Of a DNA stretch of 62,429 bases, positions 16,752 through 24,573 are shown piece by piece. The stretch lies in IMG/VR virus record IMGVR_UViG_3300023174_000005, positions 1 through 62,429 of that record, one strand, 5' to 3'. Every line of letters starts with the position of its first letter. Within the stretch, counting starts at the first letter, position 1. Position numbers and translations under genes: made by a program. Source of the DNA: a virus. Its lineage: Duplodnaviria > Caudoviricetes. The notes beneath the pieces were generated by a model, which searched no databases, was not told the origin of the DNA, and saw nothing but the letters and a program-made list of their open reading frames with translations.

Positions 16752-17246
16752 TTAGCGTGATACTTCGACAGTAAATGTTAAACAACGTGCCGCGTCTGTC
16801 ACTTTATCGTCTAGGTTGTTATCCATCCAAGATTCAATTGCATCGTCCACGTTGTAGTCCGTGATGTCAAAGTTGTTCGACATCCAGTTACTGATCTGAT
16901 CATCGATGTCGTCGTTGGCCAAGATGTCCATCATTTTGTCGCGCAGGTTGTTATCCATCCAGTCGTCAATCGACGCGTTGATTTCTACTTGGGTGTTGAT
17001 CTGAAGAACTGCAATGCGTTTGTCAATAATGGCAAACAATGCTTCTTCTACGGGGCTCGGGCCTTGGGACTGGGTCACTGCGCTATCGATGGTATTGATC
17101 ACAACACCGAATGCAGTCCGGACTGCTACCTGATCAGTGGCACTCAAAGTATTGATCATCATCTCTGAATAATCCAGTGCGGACTGGATGTCCATGCCAC
17201 GTGAACCAAACAGATTATTACGGAAGGGTGTTACTGGGTTGCTCAT
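16752..17246 (-). CDS. Acidic early protein with three WMxNN repeats
   Basis: IDDWMDNNL, ISNWMSNNF, IESWMDNNL; Asp-rich C-terminal half. Confidence 0.75.
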   Translation of the reverse strand: MSNPVTPFRNNLFGSRGMDIQSALDYSEMMINTLSATDQVAVRTAFGVVINTIDSAVTQSQGPSPVEEALFAIIDKRIAVLQINTQVEINASIDDWMDNNLRDKMMDILANDDIDDQISNWMSNNFDITDYNVDDAIESWMDNNLDDKVTDAARCLTFTVEVSR

Positions 17247-17309
17247 TGCGTTCTCTCTTCTTTCTAGGGTTGTATCTAATCGGCCGATTAGACAGTTGAA
17301 TTATAGCAC
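17247..17309 (-). promoter_or_regulatory. Promoter-hairpin-RBS cassette
   Basis: TGCTATAATTCAA, palindrome TCTAATCGGCCGATTAGA, AGAAAGAAGAGAG. Confidence 0.75.
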
Positions 17310-17313
17310 TGTT

Positions 17314-17724
17314 TTACTCTGTTTGTACAATCTTTAATTTATAAATAAAGTCTAGATCAGCCCCTATGAAATACAGGGACCGGCCGTCCTTCAATTGAAG
17401 ATAGCAAAACGGGTGATCGTCGGGATCAGCGGGATCGTCGCCAAACGTTGCGCCTTTCAATTCATCGGCAGAAATGTAAAGGTCATCGTCCAGTGTGTCG
17501 TAATTGCTAAAGGTCCGCGAAGCAGGGACAGAATAACCCTCTTCGGCAAGATCGTGTCTCATTTGAATAATGCAATTTGTCATTCTCTTAAGCAAAGCCC
17601 GGGCGGTCTCAATGTCCTGCGTCAATTCATCGATCCACGATCCATCGTCAATGTAATTGTCAGCAGATTGCATGAGATTGTTTAAGGCCTCGCCAAGCAA
17701 ATCAATTTTTTCCTGATCGGTCAT
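17314..17724 (-). CDS. Acidic hypothetical early protein
   Basis: AGAAAGGATAGAGAG RBS and own promoter. Confidence 0.7.
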   Translation of the reverse strand: MTDQEKIDLLGEALNNLMQSADNYIDDGSWIDELTQDIETARALLKRMTNCIIQMRHDLAEEGYSVPASRTFSNYDTLDDDLYISADELKGATFGDDPADPDDHPFCYLQLKDGRSLYFIGADLDFIYKLKIVQTE

Positions 17725-17781
17725 CTCTCTATCCTTTCTGTTGTGGAGCCTAAATTATAACACCGCGCCAGCACTTTGCAA
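17725..17781 (-). promoter_or_regulatory. Sigma70-like promoter plus RBS
   Basis: TTGCAA-16 nt-TATAAT with TGn; CACAACAGAAAGGATAGA. Confidence 0.75.
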
Positions 17782-17803
17782 CAAATAAAAACAAAAAAAG
17801 TAT

Positions 17804-17830
17804 GCGGGCCCACCCACCCCCGCCACCACC
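17804..17830. repeat. 27-bp C-rich direct repeat, copy 2
   Basis: Identical to 16151-16177. Confidence 0.9.
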
Positions 17831-17892
17831 ATTCAAGGGAAAAAATCAAAGAAAAAAAACCGGCAGCAGAGAAAAAACCCGCGCGCCTAACG

Positions 17893-17962
17893 GCGCGCGG
17901 GCCATGGGCCACGGCCCAAAGCACAAAAACCATGGCCCGCGGAGCGCGGGCCATGGGCCACG
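17893..17962. repeat. GC-rich direct repeat GCGCGGGCCATGGGCCACG (2 copies)
   Basis: Copies near 17895 and 17944 with an inverted partial copy CCATGGCCCGCG between them. Confidence 0.75.
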
Positions 17963-18095
17963 CGCCACACTTGGGAGAGCGAGGGCGAGGGATCAGGGGC
18001 CTAGTTTATAGGGTTTTCATTAACCAACCGATAAGCACAAAAAACCAACCGGCCAAGAGTAAAAAACCATCGGGCCGGTCGGCTAATTGCACTGG

Positions 18096-19052
18096 TTAAG
18101 CGGACAGCAATTCCAAAGCCCTATTTTTCAATGCCGCACCGGTTCCAAACCATGCCGATTCAATGCGGGTATTGTCAGAACGTCCGCGCTCATGATCCAC
18201 CAATTCAGTAACGGCATTCAAGGCCGCCCACCGCGTGCCGGCCACGCCCACAATATCGGAACCAATAGCGCGCCCGTTGAATAATTCAATGATTCGCTTG
18301 AATGCGCGCGATTCATTAATGGCAATTTTTCCGGTGTGGTAGGGCTTCAATAATTCAGTAACGAACGCGTCGCATTCTTCGGCCGTCATTGTCTCACCGG
18401 CCAACTTGCGGGATTGAACTAAAAAGCGCTCCCACTGGTTCGCGACAATTCCAAGCTGCAGCCTAACATCGTCCGCATTAAAGCGCTCACTATGCAAAAC
18501 CCTAATTTGTGATTCGCTGTTATTGACTGCTGCTGTGATTGTGTTATTGCATACCACGCGCACACTAGTAAATTTTGCGATGGTGGCCATGGTTCCATCG
18601 TATGACGTGCCAAGCAAAACATAAGGGCGCACTGTGTCACCCTCTACGATATCGGCCCCCTCGTTAACCTTAGCCAAGGCCCAAACCCTCCGGCCATAAC
18701 TTAGCGCTCCGGCCGTTTCCATTGTGAACCCGCCAAGATCCACAAGCTTACTAAAAAACCCCATTACTTCGGCCGGCTGCACTACGTTATAGCCCTGTGA
18801 GACTACAGCTAACGGCGCGCCGGTATCGCTTCTATGCAAAACCTTTCTATCAGGCCAAGCTTGCGGGGCACTGGTGGCCGGTGTGTTAAATAAAACGGGG
18901 CTTTCTAATACGTCATAAGCTAAGCCGGCTTGCTGTGTCCATTCCTGAATTGTCGCGCCTGCTGTTAGCTGCTGCCCTAACTTATGCCAAGGGGCTAACC
19001 CTGAGTAAGCTATTGCTGCTGTTCCCGTTGTTGTGTCGATCATGTGGGCCAT
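18096..19052 (-). CDS. DUF932 / TIGR03299-like phage-plasmid protein
   Basis: PWHxLG, YNVVQP, ETAGALxxGRRVWALA, SYDGT...VRVVCNNT, WAALNAVTExVDH. Confidence 0.88.
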   Translation of the reverse strand: MAHMIDTTTGTAAIAYSGLAPWHKLGQQLTAGATIQEWTQQAGLAYDVLESPVLFNTPATSAPQAWPDRKVLHRSDTGAPLAVVSQGYNVVQPAEVMGFFSKLVDLGGFTMETAGALSYGRRVWALAKVNEGADIVEGDTVRPYVLLGTSYDGTMATIAKFTSVRVVCNNTITAAVNNSESQIRVLHSERFNADDVRLQLGIVANQWERFLVQSRKLAGETMTAEECDAFVTELLKPYHTGKIAINESRAFKRIIELFNGRAIGSDIVGVAGTRWAALNAVTELVDHERGRSDNTRIESAWFGTGAALKNRALELLSA

Positions 19053-19112
19053 ATCTATCCTTTCTGAGTTAATAAAAACCGGTTTTTTGTGCCGGTGCTT
19101 GAATTATACACA
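19053..19112 (-). promoter_or_regulatory. Promoter plus RBS cassette
   Basis: TATAATTCAAGCACCGG...ACCGGT, AGAAAGGATAGAT-ATG. Confidence 0.7.
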
Positions 19113-19142
19113 CTTTTTACACTTTGCACACTTTATTTACAT

Positions 19143-19208
19143 TTATTTTTCAAATTGATCAAGTAACCACCACAGCGCCCAAAAAATAAGAATTATTGCG
19201 AATATCAA
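19143..19208 (-). CDS. Putative 21-aa membrane peptide (MIFAIILIFWALWWLLDQFEK)
   Basis: TTG start overlapping the upstream TGA; single hydrophobic helix. Confidence 0.4.
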   Translation of the reverse strand: MIFAIILIFWALWWLLDQFEK

Positions 19209-19909
19209 GGGGCCCCCAATTCTAGGCCAACATCGCCCGCGATATGGTGGCGCAAAAAGGAACCATGTGGAAGGGTGCGCACAAATTCGCGAAGGGCTGC
19301 AGCATCATTTTTCGCGCCGTTTTTTCTAGTGTTGTGCCACTGTATCGCTACCGGTCCACTTGCAGCATAACACCCGCCGTCTTCATCTTTTCCCACTTTC
19401 TTTTTACCGGTGCCATGGGCAACAAAAACAACGACAAATTCGCGGGCACCACGTGCACACAATGGCCGGCCGCCGCCGCACTGTTGGCAGCTGAAATTGT
19501 CGGCCAATTCTGCAGGACAACGGGCAAATTGCACGCCTTGAATTTTACGCGGCCATTGGTCGGCCGATTCTAGGGGCGCAGCATATACAGCGGGCCGGCC
19601 TAATTCTACGGCGCGCACTGCTTCGGCCGTTGTGTCACAGCTCGCATTTATAACTGTTTTATTTGGCTGAGGGAGCGGGAGCGCTTCGGCCGCAAAATGC
19701 GAATATGTCCAAGCTTGACCACCACGCGGGACGCTATCAAAAACGGCCTGCAGATAATCGCTATCAATTTGTGATGTGCCGGTTTCACTTTTAGGGTGAA
19801 GGCTGCAGCTTGTCGGGCACGTGCCATAGGTTTCATGTTCCCCACTGCGATAAGTTACTGCAATTGGGCCGGTTTTGCTGTTCGCGCTGATTCTGACTGT
19901 CTTTAACAT
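19205..19909 (-). CDS. GP88-like Cys-rich protein with apparently rearranged segment order
   Basis: NxKTG, TCPxSC, WTYSH, CPA...CxxC...LC, FxAHG, then GCYA..GP...LRHHIAGD. Confidence 0.7.
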   Translation of the reverse strand: MLKTVRISANSKTGPIAVTYRSGEHETYGTCPTSCSLHPKSETGTSQIDSDYLQAVFDSVPRGGQAWTYSHFAAEALPLPQPNKTVINASCDTTAEAVRAVELGRPAVYAAPLESADQWPRKIQGVQFARCPAELADNFSCQQCGGGRPLCARGAREFVVVFVAHGTGKKKVGKDEDGGCYAASGPVAIQWHNTRKNGAKNDAAALREFVRTLPHGSFLRHHIAGDVGLELGAP

Positions 19910-19957
19910 ATTCTATCCTTTCTGTTGTGAGGGACCAATTATATCAAGCTTTACGGC
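19910..19957 (-). promoter_or_regulatory. Promoter plus RBS cassette
   Basis: TGATATAAT, CACAACAGAAAGGATAGAAT-ATG. Confidence 0.7.
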
Positions 19958-20158
19958 CTTTTGTGTGTGATATTTTCTAGGGGTTTTCACGCGTCGCACA
20001 ATTAAGGGACTGCTGTTTTCGTCCCATGGCATCACCAAAAAAGGCAAGTCATCGGCCGACATAACGCGCATAAAGTCACGAGCGCGAACAAGCGAAGGGA
20101 AGGTGCGTATCACACTTTGAGAATTGGGAAAGCACACGTCATATTTATAAATTGGCAT
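19913..20158 (-). CDS. Hypothetical early protein
   Basis: AGAAAGAATAGAAA RBS. Confidence 0.6.
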   Translation of the reverse strand: MPIYKYDVCFPNSQSVIRTFPSLVRARDFMRVMSADDLPFLVMPWDENSSPLIVRRVKTPRKYHTQKAVKLDIIGPSQQKG

Positions 20159-20176
20159 TTTCTATTCTTTCTAAAA

Positions 20177-20653
20177 TTAGTCGTCGCGGTCGGTGTTCAA
20201 CTCAAGGCGCGGGTATTCGTCTTCTATAAAGCTATCGTCAACATGAGCAAGCCCTAAACGGGTGCCGGCATCCCAAATCACAATGGGCAAATCTTGCGGC
20301 AAATTAGCGAGCGCAGCCGACAATTTGCCGACTGTCATACCCTTATCAGCGCGAGCAAATTTAAGCGCCTGATTCCAAACCTCCCATGCATCAAAAATTG
20401 ACGTGTAAATGTCCGACATAGAATCATAAAAAGCGCGGCTGCTGCGCTCTTCAGAAGTCACAGTCAAAAAGCGAACTACCTCTTCGCGAGGGGCACTGGC
20501 AACGGCATTGTCGTATGCCTCTAAAAAAGCCCGTTGTTCAATGGTCAACTTTTTCATCTCTCTATCCTTTCTAAATTTCAATTCATTTTCTTCCAACTGT
20601 TTAATCTCCCACATGCGGTCGATTCGAGTTAGAGCGTCATCTACTGGTTTCAT
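20177..20653 (-). CDS. Hypothetical early protein; strong internal start at 20557 (MKKLT)
   Basis: ATGA-coupled start at 20653 and in-frame AGAAAGGATAGAGAG-ATG at 20557. Confidence 0.65.
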   Translation of the reverse strand: MKPVDDALTRIDRMWEIKQLEENELKFRKDREMKKLTIEQRAFLEAYDNAVASAPREEVVRFLTVTSEERSSRAFYDSMSDIYTSIFDAWEVWNQALKFARADKGMTVGKLSAALANLPQDLPIVIWDAGTRLGLAHVDDSFIEDEYPRLELNTDRDD

Positions 20654-20820
20654 TTTGTCACCTCTTCAATGGTGTCAATATTCCAACTGCCATAGCCCGC
20701 GTCATCAAAATCACCGCCATCGATTTCGCGTGCCTTATCCCATGCTTGCTGCTCGTCTTCTGCTTGGACCAAGCAATAGACATAGCTTGTACTTGCTGCA
20801 ACTACTTTGAAGGTTTTCAT
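20650..20820 (-). CDS. 56-aa protein (MKTFKVVAAS...VQAEDEQQAWDKA), DpnD/PcfM-like pattern; not in the ORF track
   Basis: Hand-translated; ATGA overlaps at both ends; VxAxxxxxA motif. Confidence 0.65.
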   Translation of the reverse strand: MKTFKVVAASTSYVYCLVQAEDEQQAWDKAREIDGGDFDDAGYGSWNIDTIEEVTK

Positions 20821-20996
20821 TCTGCTTCCCCCTCTTCTAATGATTCCAAAAACAAGATAACGTCATCAAGGCACATACCAATTGTGATTTCAGTTCCGTC
20901 ATTGTCCTTAGGACGATTCTTCATTGTTTTTGACAACGCATTGCGAACGTCAATCATGTCGCACAAGGCGGACGACAAAGCATTTTGATCTACCAT
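20817..20996 (-). CDS. Hypothetical early protein (start MVDQN)
   Basis: AGAAAGGATAGAGAA directly before ATG at 20996. Confidence 0.65.
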   Translation of the reverse strand: MVDQNALSSALCDMIDVRNALSKTMKNRPKDNDGTEITIGMCLDDVILFLESLEEGEAE

Positions 20997-21067
20997 TTCT
21001 CTATCCTTTCTAAACACCGGATCAGGCACCGGCATCGCCAGTATAGCAAGGTTTTTGTACCTTGCAA
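20997..21067 (-). promoter_or_regulatory. Promoter-hairpin-RBS cassette
   Basis: TTGCAA-16 nt-TATACT with TGn; CCGG...CCGG stem; AGAAAGGATAGAG. Confidence 0.7.
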
Positions 21068-21080
21068 CACTTATTTACAT

Positions 21081-21485
21081 TTATTTTACTAAACCTAGGG
21101 TTTCCTCTAATTCCGTCCAAGGCATGCCACGCGAAGGCCAACAGCGAAGGGGCTCAAGCTTTATGCCCTCTGCAGCCAAATTTATAGCATCGCTCCCCTG
21201 ATATAAGCGAATGGTTGAGGGCCGTAGTGTGTTACCCATGTCGAGCACAAGAATAAAGCAAGGCCTATCCTTGGCAGCATGCCGAGTCATGAAAGCAATT
21301 TGATGTGGTCGCAGCCCAACTTTCAATCCCTTGGCCACCACTTTCAATTCCATCAAAACAAAGTATTCCCCGACACCCACCAACATGTCAGGAATACCAA
21401 GGTTCACACGATTCTCAATGCGTTCAATTGAGCAATTGACAAGGCCGGCTTTCACCCTAGCCGAAAATCTAGCTTCAGGTGTCAT
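21081..21485 (-). CDS. VRR-NUC / Holliday junction resolvase-like PD-(D/E)XK nuclease (start MTPEA)
   Basis: RIEN...GIPD...MELK...LRPHQIAF. Confidence 0.82.
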   Translation of the reverse strand: MTPEARFSARVKAGLVNCSIERIENRVNLGIPDMLVGVGEYFVLMELKVVAKGLKVGLRPHQIAFMTRHAAKDRPCFILVLDMGNTLRPSTIRLYQGSDAINLAAEGIKLEPLRCWPSRGMPWTELEETLGLVK

Positions 21486-22143
21486 CTGATCCCCCCAAAC
21501 CTCGCTCAAAGATGTCAAGCGGAGGCTGCTCCACTCCCGCGTCGAATTCGGGATCTTTTTCTCTTGCTGCACTTTCAATCACCACTCCAGTGTCCGCATC
21601 GATCAAGGCAGTGGGTGGAGGCCCACCATACAGCTTTTTAAGCTCATCAAGCTTGCGCTGTACCTCTTCCTTGCTCATGCTGTCAATTGTGCCGTGGCGG
21701 ATCTCTTTGCGCTCCACATAGATCGTTCCCAAAGCTTGGCCCCTACGATACTCTGCTTGGACGGCTGCTGCAAATGCACCGGCATCCAAAGCTTTATCGC
21801 GAATGATCTGCAAATCGCGCATATGGCGCTCGTAAGACGTGTTGTACTTGGACGCCAAATCAGCACGATAGGCCTGAATGGCCGCTACAACGTGCGGATT
21901 GATATCAGGGTGGGTAAGCTTCCATGCCATGACAGACGCGCTGGTAGCCTTGTATCCGGCCCGTATAGCAGCCTCTTTCATGGTTACCCGCCCATCCCCA
22001 CTCACAAGCTCGGTAACAAAGGTCCATTCCTTGGCTGTTAGCTTGCGGCGCTGCTGCCGTAGCGGGGCCACTTCGGTTGACATTCTTTTCTGTGCCTTGT
22101 CAGGCATGACAGGGGGAACATTCCAAACGTCTTTCTTGGCCAT
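21475..22143 (-). CDS. terS: Terminase small subunit (start probably MAKKD)
   Basis: LTxKExxFV...EAAIRAGY...A..L HTH; AAVQAEYRRGQALGxxYVERKE. Confidence 0.82.
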   Translation of the reverse strand: MAKKDVWNVPPVMPDKAQKRMSTEVAPLRQQRRKLTAKEWTFVTELVSGDGRVTMKEAAIRAGYKATSASVMAWKLTHPDINPHVVAAIQAYRADLASKYNTSYERHMRDLQIIRDKALDAGAFAAAVQAEYRRGQALGTIYVERKEIRHGTIDSMSKEEVQRKLDELKKLYGGPPPTALIDADTGVVIESAAREKDPEFDAGVEQPPLDIFERGLGGSDDT

Positions 22144-22360
22144 TAGCTGATTCTCCACAAACGCCAACCATCGTCCACCTTGCGCAGCGTGAACACCCAT
22201 TTAGGCTGATGCACTCGTGTGAAGCGAAGGGCAGCGACACGGCAGCTCTCGGCTTGCTTGCGCACGCCAAACAGGATGCTATCGCCCGCCTCCATCTCAC
22301 CAAAAGGATATTTGGATCGATTGGTTGGCAGGGCAATTCCCTGATCAATATGTACCATCA
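22143..22360 (-). CDS. Small conserved phage protein (start uncertain, MMVHID)
   Basis: KYPFxxMExGDS...FxxRK...RLWR pattern; GGGAG upstream. Confidence 0.65.
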
Positions 22361-22429
22361 TTAACTCCCGTAAAAGAACTACCACGAGTATATCGAGTGT
22401 CAACCCAAGAGTCAAGGCCAAAAGCAAAT

Positions 22430-22812
22430 CAGGGCTCCCTATAGAACTTTTGGAGGGTGTAGTGTGTTTTTATTTTTTCACTTTTCATCTCGCGGAGCCC
22501 CCCTAGAAATATTACACTGAATGTCTTGACGTAATTTGCCGAATGCTCGTAACGTATTGATTTCATTGAATCCTTACGGCATTACGTCTATTACGCCAAA
22601 TCTCACAAAAATAAAAAAAAAAACATACCTTACCCCTAAAAGGTCTATAGCACTTAAACCTTAGTATTACTTTTTGATCCATTTTCACCCTTTTTGACCC
22701 TCGGTCCGCGGTCCCCGCCCCCTCCCCCAACAACCACTGTACATTTAAACAGCCCCACACTAAAACCCCAAAACCTAGGGAAAACCCCTAGGAAATAGTA
22801 CATTCAACGTAA
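22430..22812. other. Non-coding divergent region, candidate origin/regulatory hub
   Basis: Strand switch point; A/T runs, repeated TTACG/CGTAA, CTAGGG/CCCTAG hairpin. Confidence 0.4.
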
Positions 22813-22889
22813 TTGACCTAACTAGATAAAAGCATGATAATAACCACGTCTACTTAGACAAACACCATTAACAAAGAAAGGATAGTGAT
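22813..22889 (+). promoter_or_regulatory. Sigma70-like promoter plus RBS for the plus-strand operon
   Basis: TTGACC-17 nt-GATAAT; AGAAAGGATAG before ATG 22890. Confidence 0.75.
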
Positions 22890-23141
22890 ATGACTAAAAA
22901 GACGGACGCTCCGGATAAAGACATCGAACAAATCATGGACGATGCGCAGACTTTGCTTAACTTCTGTGGAAATACCTATGTCAAACCTGCTGACGCGTGG
23001 TTCGCGTGCCTTGTCTCTTCAGCCATTTTGACTGCAGAATTAAGTGTGCCCTTGGAGAAGTTTTTGGAGGGCTTTGAGCACGCATACAACGATGCGATGA
23101 AGGCCAAGAATGCAATGAAGGGACCAACTTATGATCACTAA
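22890..23141 (+). CDS. Hypothetical protein
   Basis: First gene of a coupled operon, strong RBS. Confidence 0.7.
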   Translation: MTKKTDAPDKDIEQIMDDAQTLLNFCGNTYVKPADAWFACLVSSAILTAELSVPLEKFLEGFEHAYNDAMKAKNAMKGPTYDH

Positions 23142-23376
23142 TGCGCATGAATTTATCTCTGCAAGCAGCACAAACGGGCGCGTAACGCCTTTTAACACTG
23201 GCAAGGTACAAATAGGGCTGCTGTATCAGCCAAAGCCTCCTGAGATGACATCGTCTGAGGAGCTTGTGCAGGCAGCTTTGATGGGATGGTCCTCGATCCA
23301 TCGTCCTGTGCCCTTGTGGCCTGTGACGTTGGGGTCGTTGGTTGTGGGTTTTCTAATAATTTTGACTGTGGGGTGA
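23131..23376 (+). CDS. Hypothetical protein with C-terminal TM helix
   Basis: PFNTGKVQIGLLYQP motif; hydrophobic C-terminus. Confidence 0.7.
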   Translation: MITNAHEFISASSTNGRVTPFNTGKVQIGLLYQPKPPEMTSSEELVQAALMGWSSIHRPVPLWPVTLGSLVVGFLIILTVG

Positions 23377-23379
23377 TGT

Positions 23380-23640
23380 ATGTACGAATTCTTGTACGAA
23401 TGTGATGAGTTGGGGTTAGGCCTCAAGTGCTTTTTTGAGTATGAGCCTGCTGAGGTTGGCTCTGTGGAGCCCATGTCTGGTTTGAAGTTGGAGCCGGACT
23501 ATCCGGAGGTATGGACCTTGGTGTCGGTGTTCTTGCCTAACAGTTCTGTTGACTTGAGTGGGGTTTTGCATCCGGATGTGATTTTTCGCATTGAGCAGGA
23601 CGCACCTATTTATTTTGAAGAAATGAGGAACGTAATATGA
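23380..23640 (+). CDS. Hypothetical protein
   Basis: EYEPAExGS...EPDYP motif; coupled. Confidence 0.7.
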   Translation: MYEFLYECDELGLGLKCFFEYEPAEVGSVEPMSGLKLEPDYPEVWTLVSVFLPNSSVDLSGVLHPDVIFRIEQDAPIYFEEMRNVI

Positions 23641-23834
23641 CTGAGCAAAGAGAATTAGAACTGCTGCGGCCCTATGTTGCGGCATGCGGTGAGTTTGTTA
23701 CCAAGAACGCGGAACTGGAAAAGCATTTGAAGGCAATAGATCGTCTGCTGCTTGAAGTGCTGATGGGGGATATCGATCCCATGCAGGCCATGATCAATCG
23801 TCAGAAGATAAAGGATGAGTATGAGCAACCTTGA
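23637..23834 (+). CDS. Hypothetical protein
   Basis: ATGA overlap, GAGGA RBS. Confidence 0.6.
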   Translation: MTEQRELELLRPYVAACGEFVTKNAELEKHLKAIDRLLLEVLMGDIDPMQAMINRQKIKDEYEQP

Positions 23835-24045
23835 CGACTACAAACCGCAAGTGGACCGGCCTAATTGCCATAAGTGCGTGAATCATGATCCTTTGCCCAT
23901 GACGCATCACATCCAGTGCTTGGAGCCCAAGGCTTTGATCTCTGGCAATGCTCGTGCAGCGCAGAAGGGTTGGTTCCATTGGCCGTGGAACTTTGACCCT
24001 ATCTGGTTGGAAGAGTGCAATAAGTATGAGGAGCCTGAAAAATGA
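23815..24045 (+). CDS. Small Cys/His-rich putative zinc-binding protein
   Basis: CxxC...HIQC...GWFxWPxNFDPIWLxxC. Confidence 0.7.
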   Translation: MSMSNLDDYKPQVDRPNCHKCVNHDPLPMTHHIQCLEPKALISGNARAAQKGWFHWPWNFDPIWLEECNKYEEPEK

Positions 24046-24212
24046 CTGATGACGATGACATTCAAAACTACGTCCGCCCGTGGAAAGGGCTGACGGAGGA
24101 AGAGCGTAAAGAGATTTGGAATGTGGGTGAAAAAAAAGACCAAGCTTGGCGTGCTCTTTTGATTCAAACAATCCGAGACGTAGAAACTAAGTTGAAGGAG
24201 CGCAATACATGA
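24042..24212 (+). CDS. 56-aa hypothetical protein (MTDDDDIQNYVRPWKGLT...KLKERNT); not in the ORF track
   Basis: Hand-translated; ATGA overlaps at both ends. Confidence 0.65.
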   Translation: MTDDDDIQNYVRPWKGLTEEERKEIWNVGEKKDQAWRALLIQTIRDVETKLKERNT

Positions 24213-24364
24213 CCACATACAAAGAACTGGGTGAGTTGATGCGCAATTTACCGACTGATGAAACATGGCTGCCGCTGTTTTTGGGGCGACTTAAAGAGAA
24301 AGATCCTGAGATCTACCGACGCATGATGGAACAGGCAGAAGCAAAGTTGAAGGAGAATAAATGA
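24209..24364 (+). CDS. 51-aa hypothetical protein (MTTYKELGEL...); not in the ORF track
   Basis: Hand-translated; AAGGAG RBS, ATGA overlaps. Confidence 0.6.
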   Translation: MTTYKELGELMRNLPTDETWLPLFLGRLKEKDPEIYRRMMEQAEAKLKENK

Positions 24365-24573
24365 AAAACTTAAGTTTTTTCGAAAAGGCCATGGGTTGGC
24401 GTAAGCGCCAGATGGTTGAAGCGCAGTTAGACAGGAACGAGGTCAGTGAAAAGATTCGTAACTTGGTCCTTGAAGAGGTGGCCAAGGAAATCGAGAAGAT
24501 GAAGGCTTTTGGACCTGACACGATAAGTAGTTTTACGGTGCATATCAGGAATATGAAACGTGAACTCTATTAA
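24361..24573 (+). CDS. Hypothetical protein
   Basis: RNxVLEEVAKEIEKMKAFGxDT pattern; AAGGAG RBS. Confidence 0.7.
   Translation: MKNLSFFEKAMGWRKRQMVEAQLDRNEVSEKIRNLVLEEVAKEIEKMKAFGPDTISSFTVHIRNMKRELY

Noticed and set aside
17721-18099. ORFs 17721..17954, 17776..18099 and 17802..18011
   Set aside because: Translate repeat and A-tract DNA, lack RBS and overlap a promoter
16688-21020. CRISPR-like or integron attC array from the repeated AGAAAGGATAG motif and hairpins
   Set aside because: Repeats are short, irregularly spaced and always directly before start codons; no cas genes or integrase
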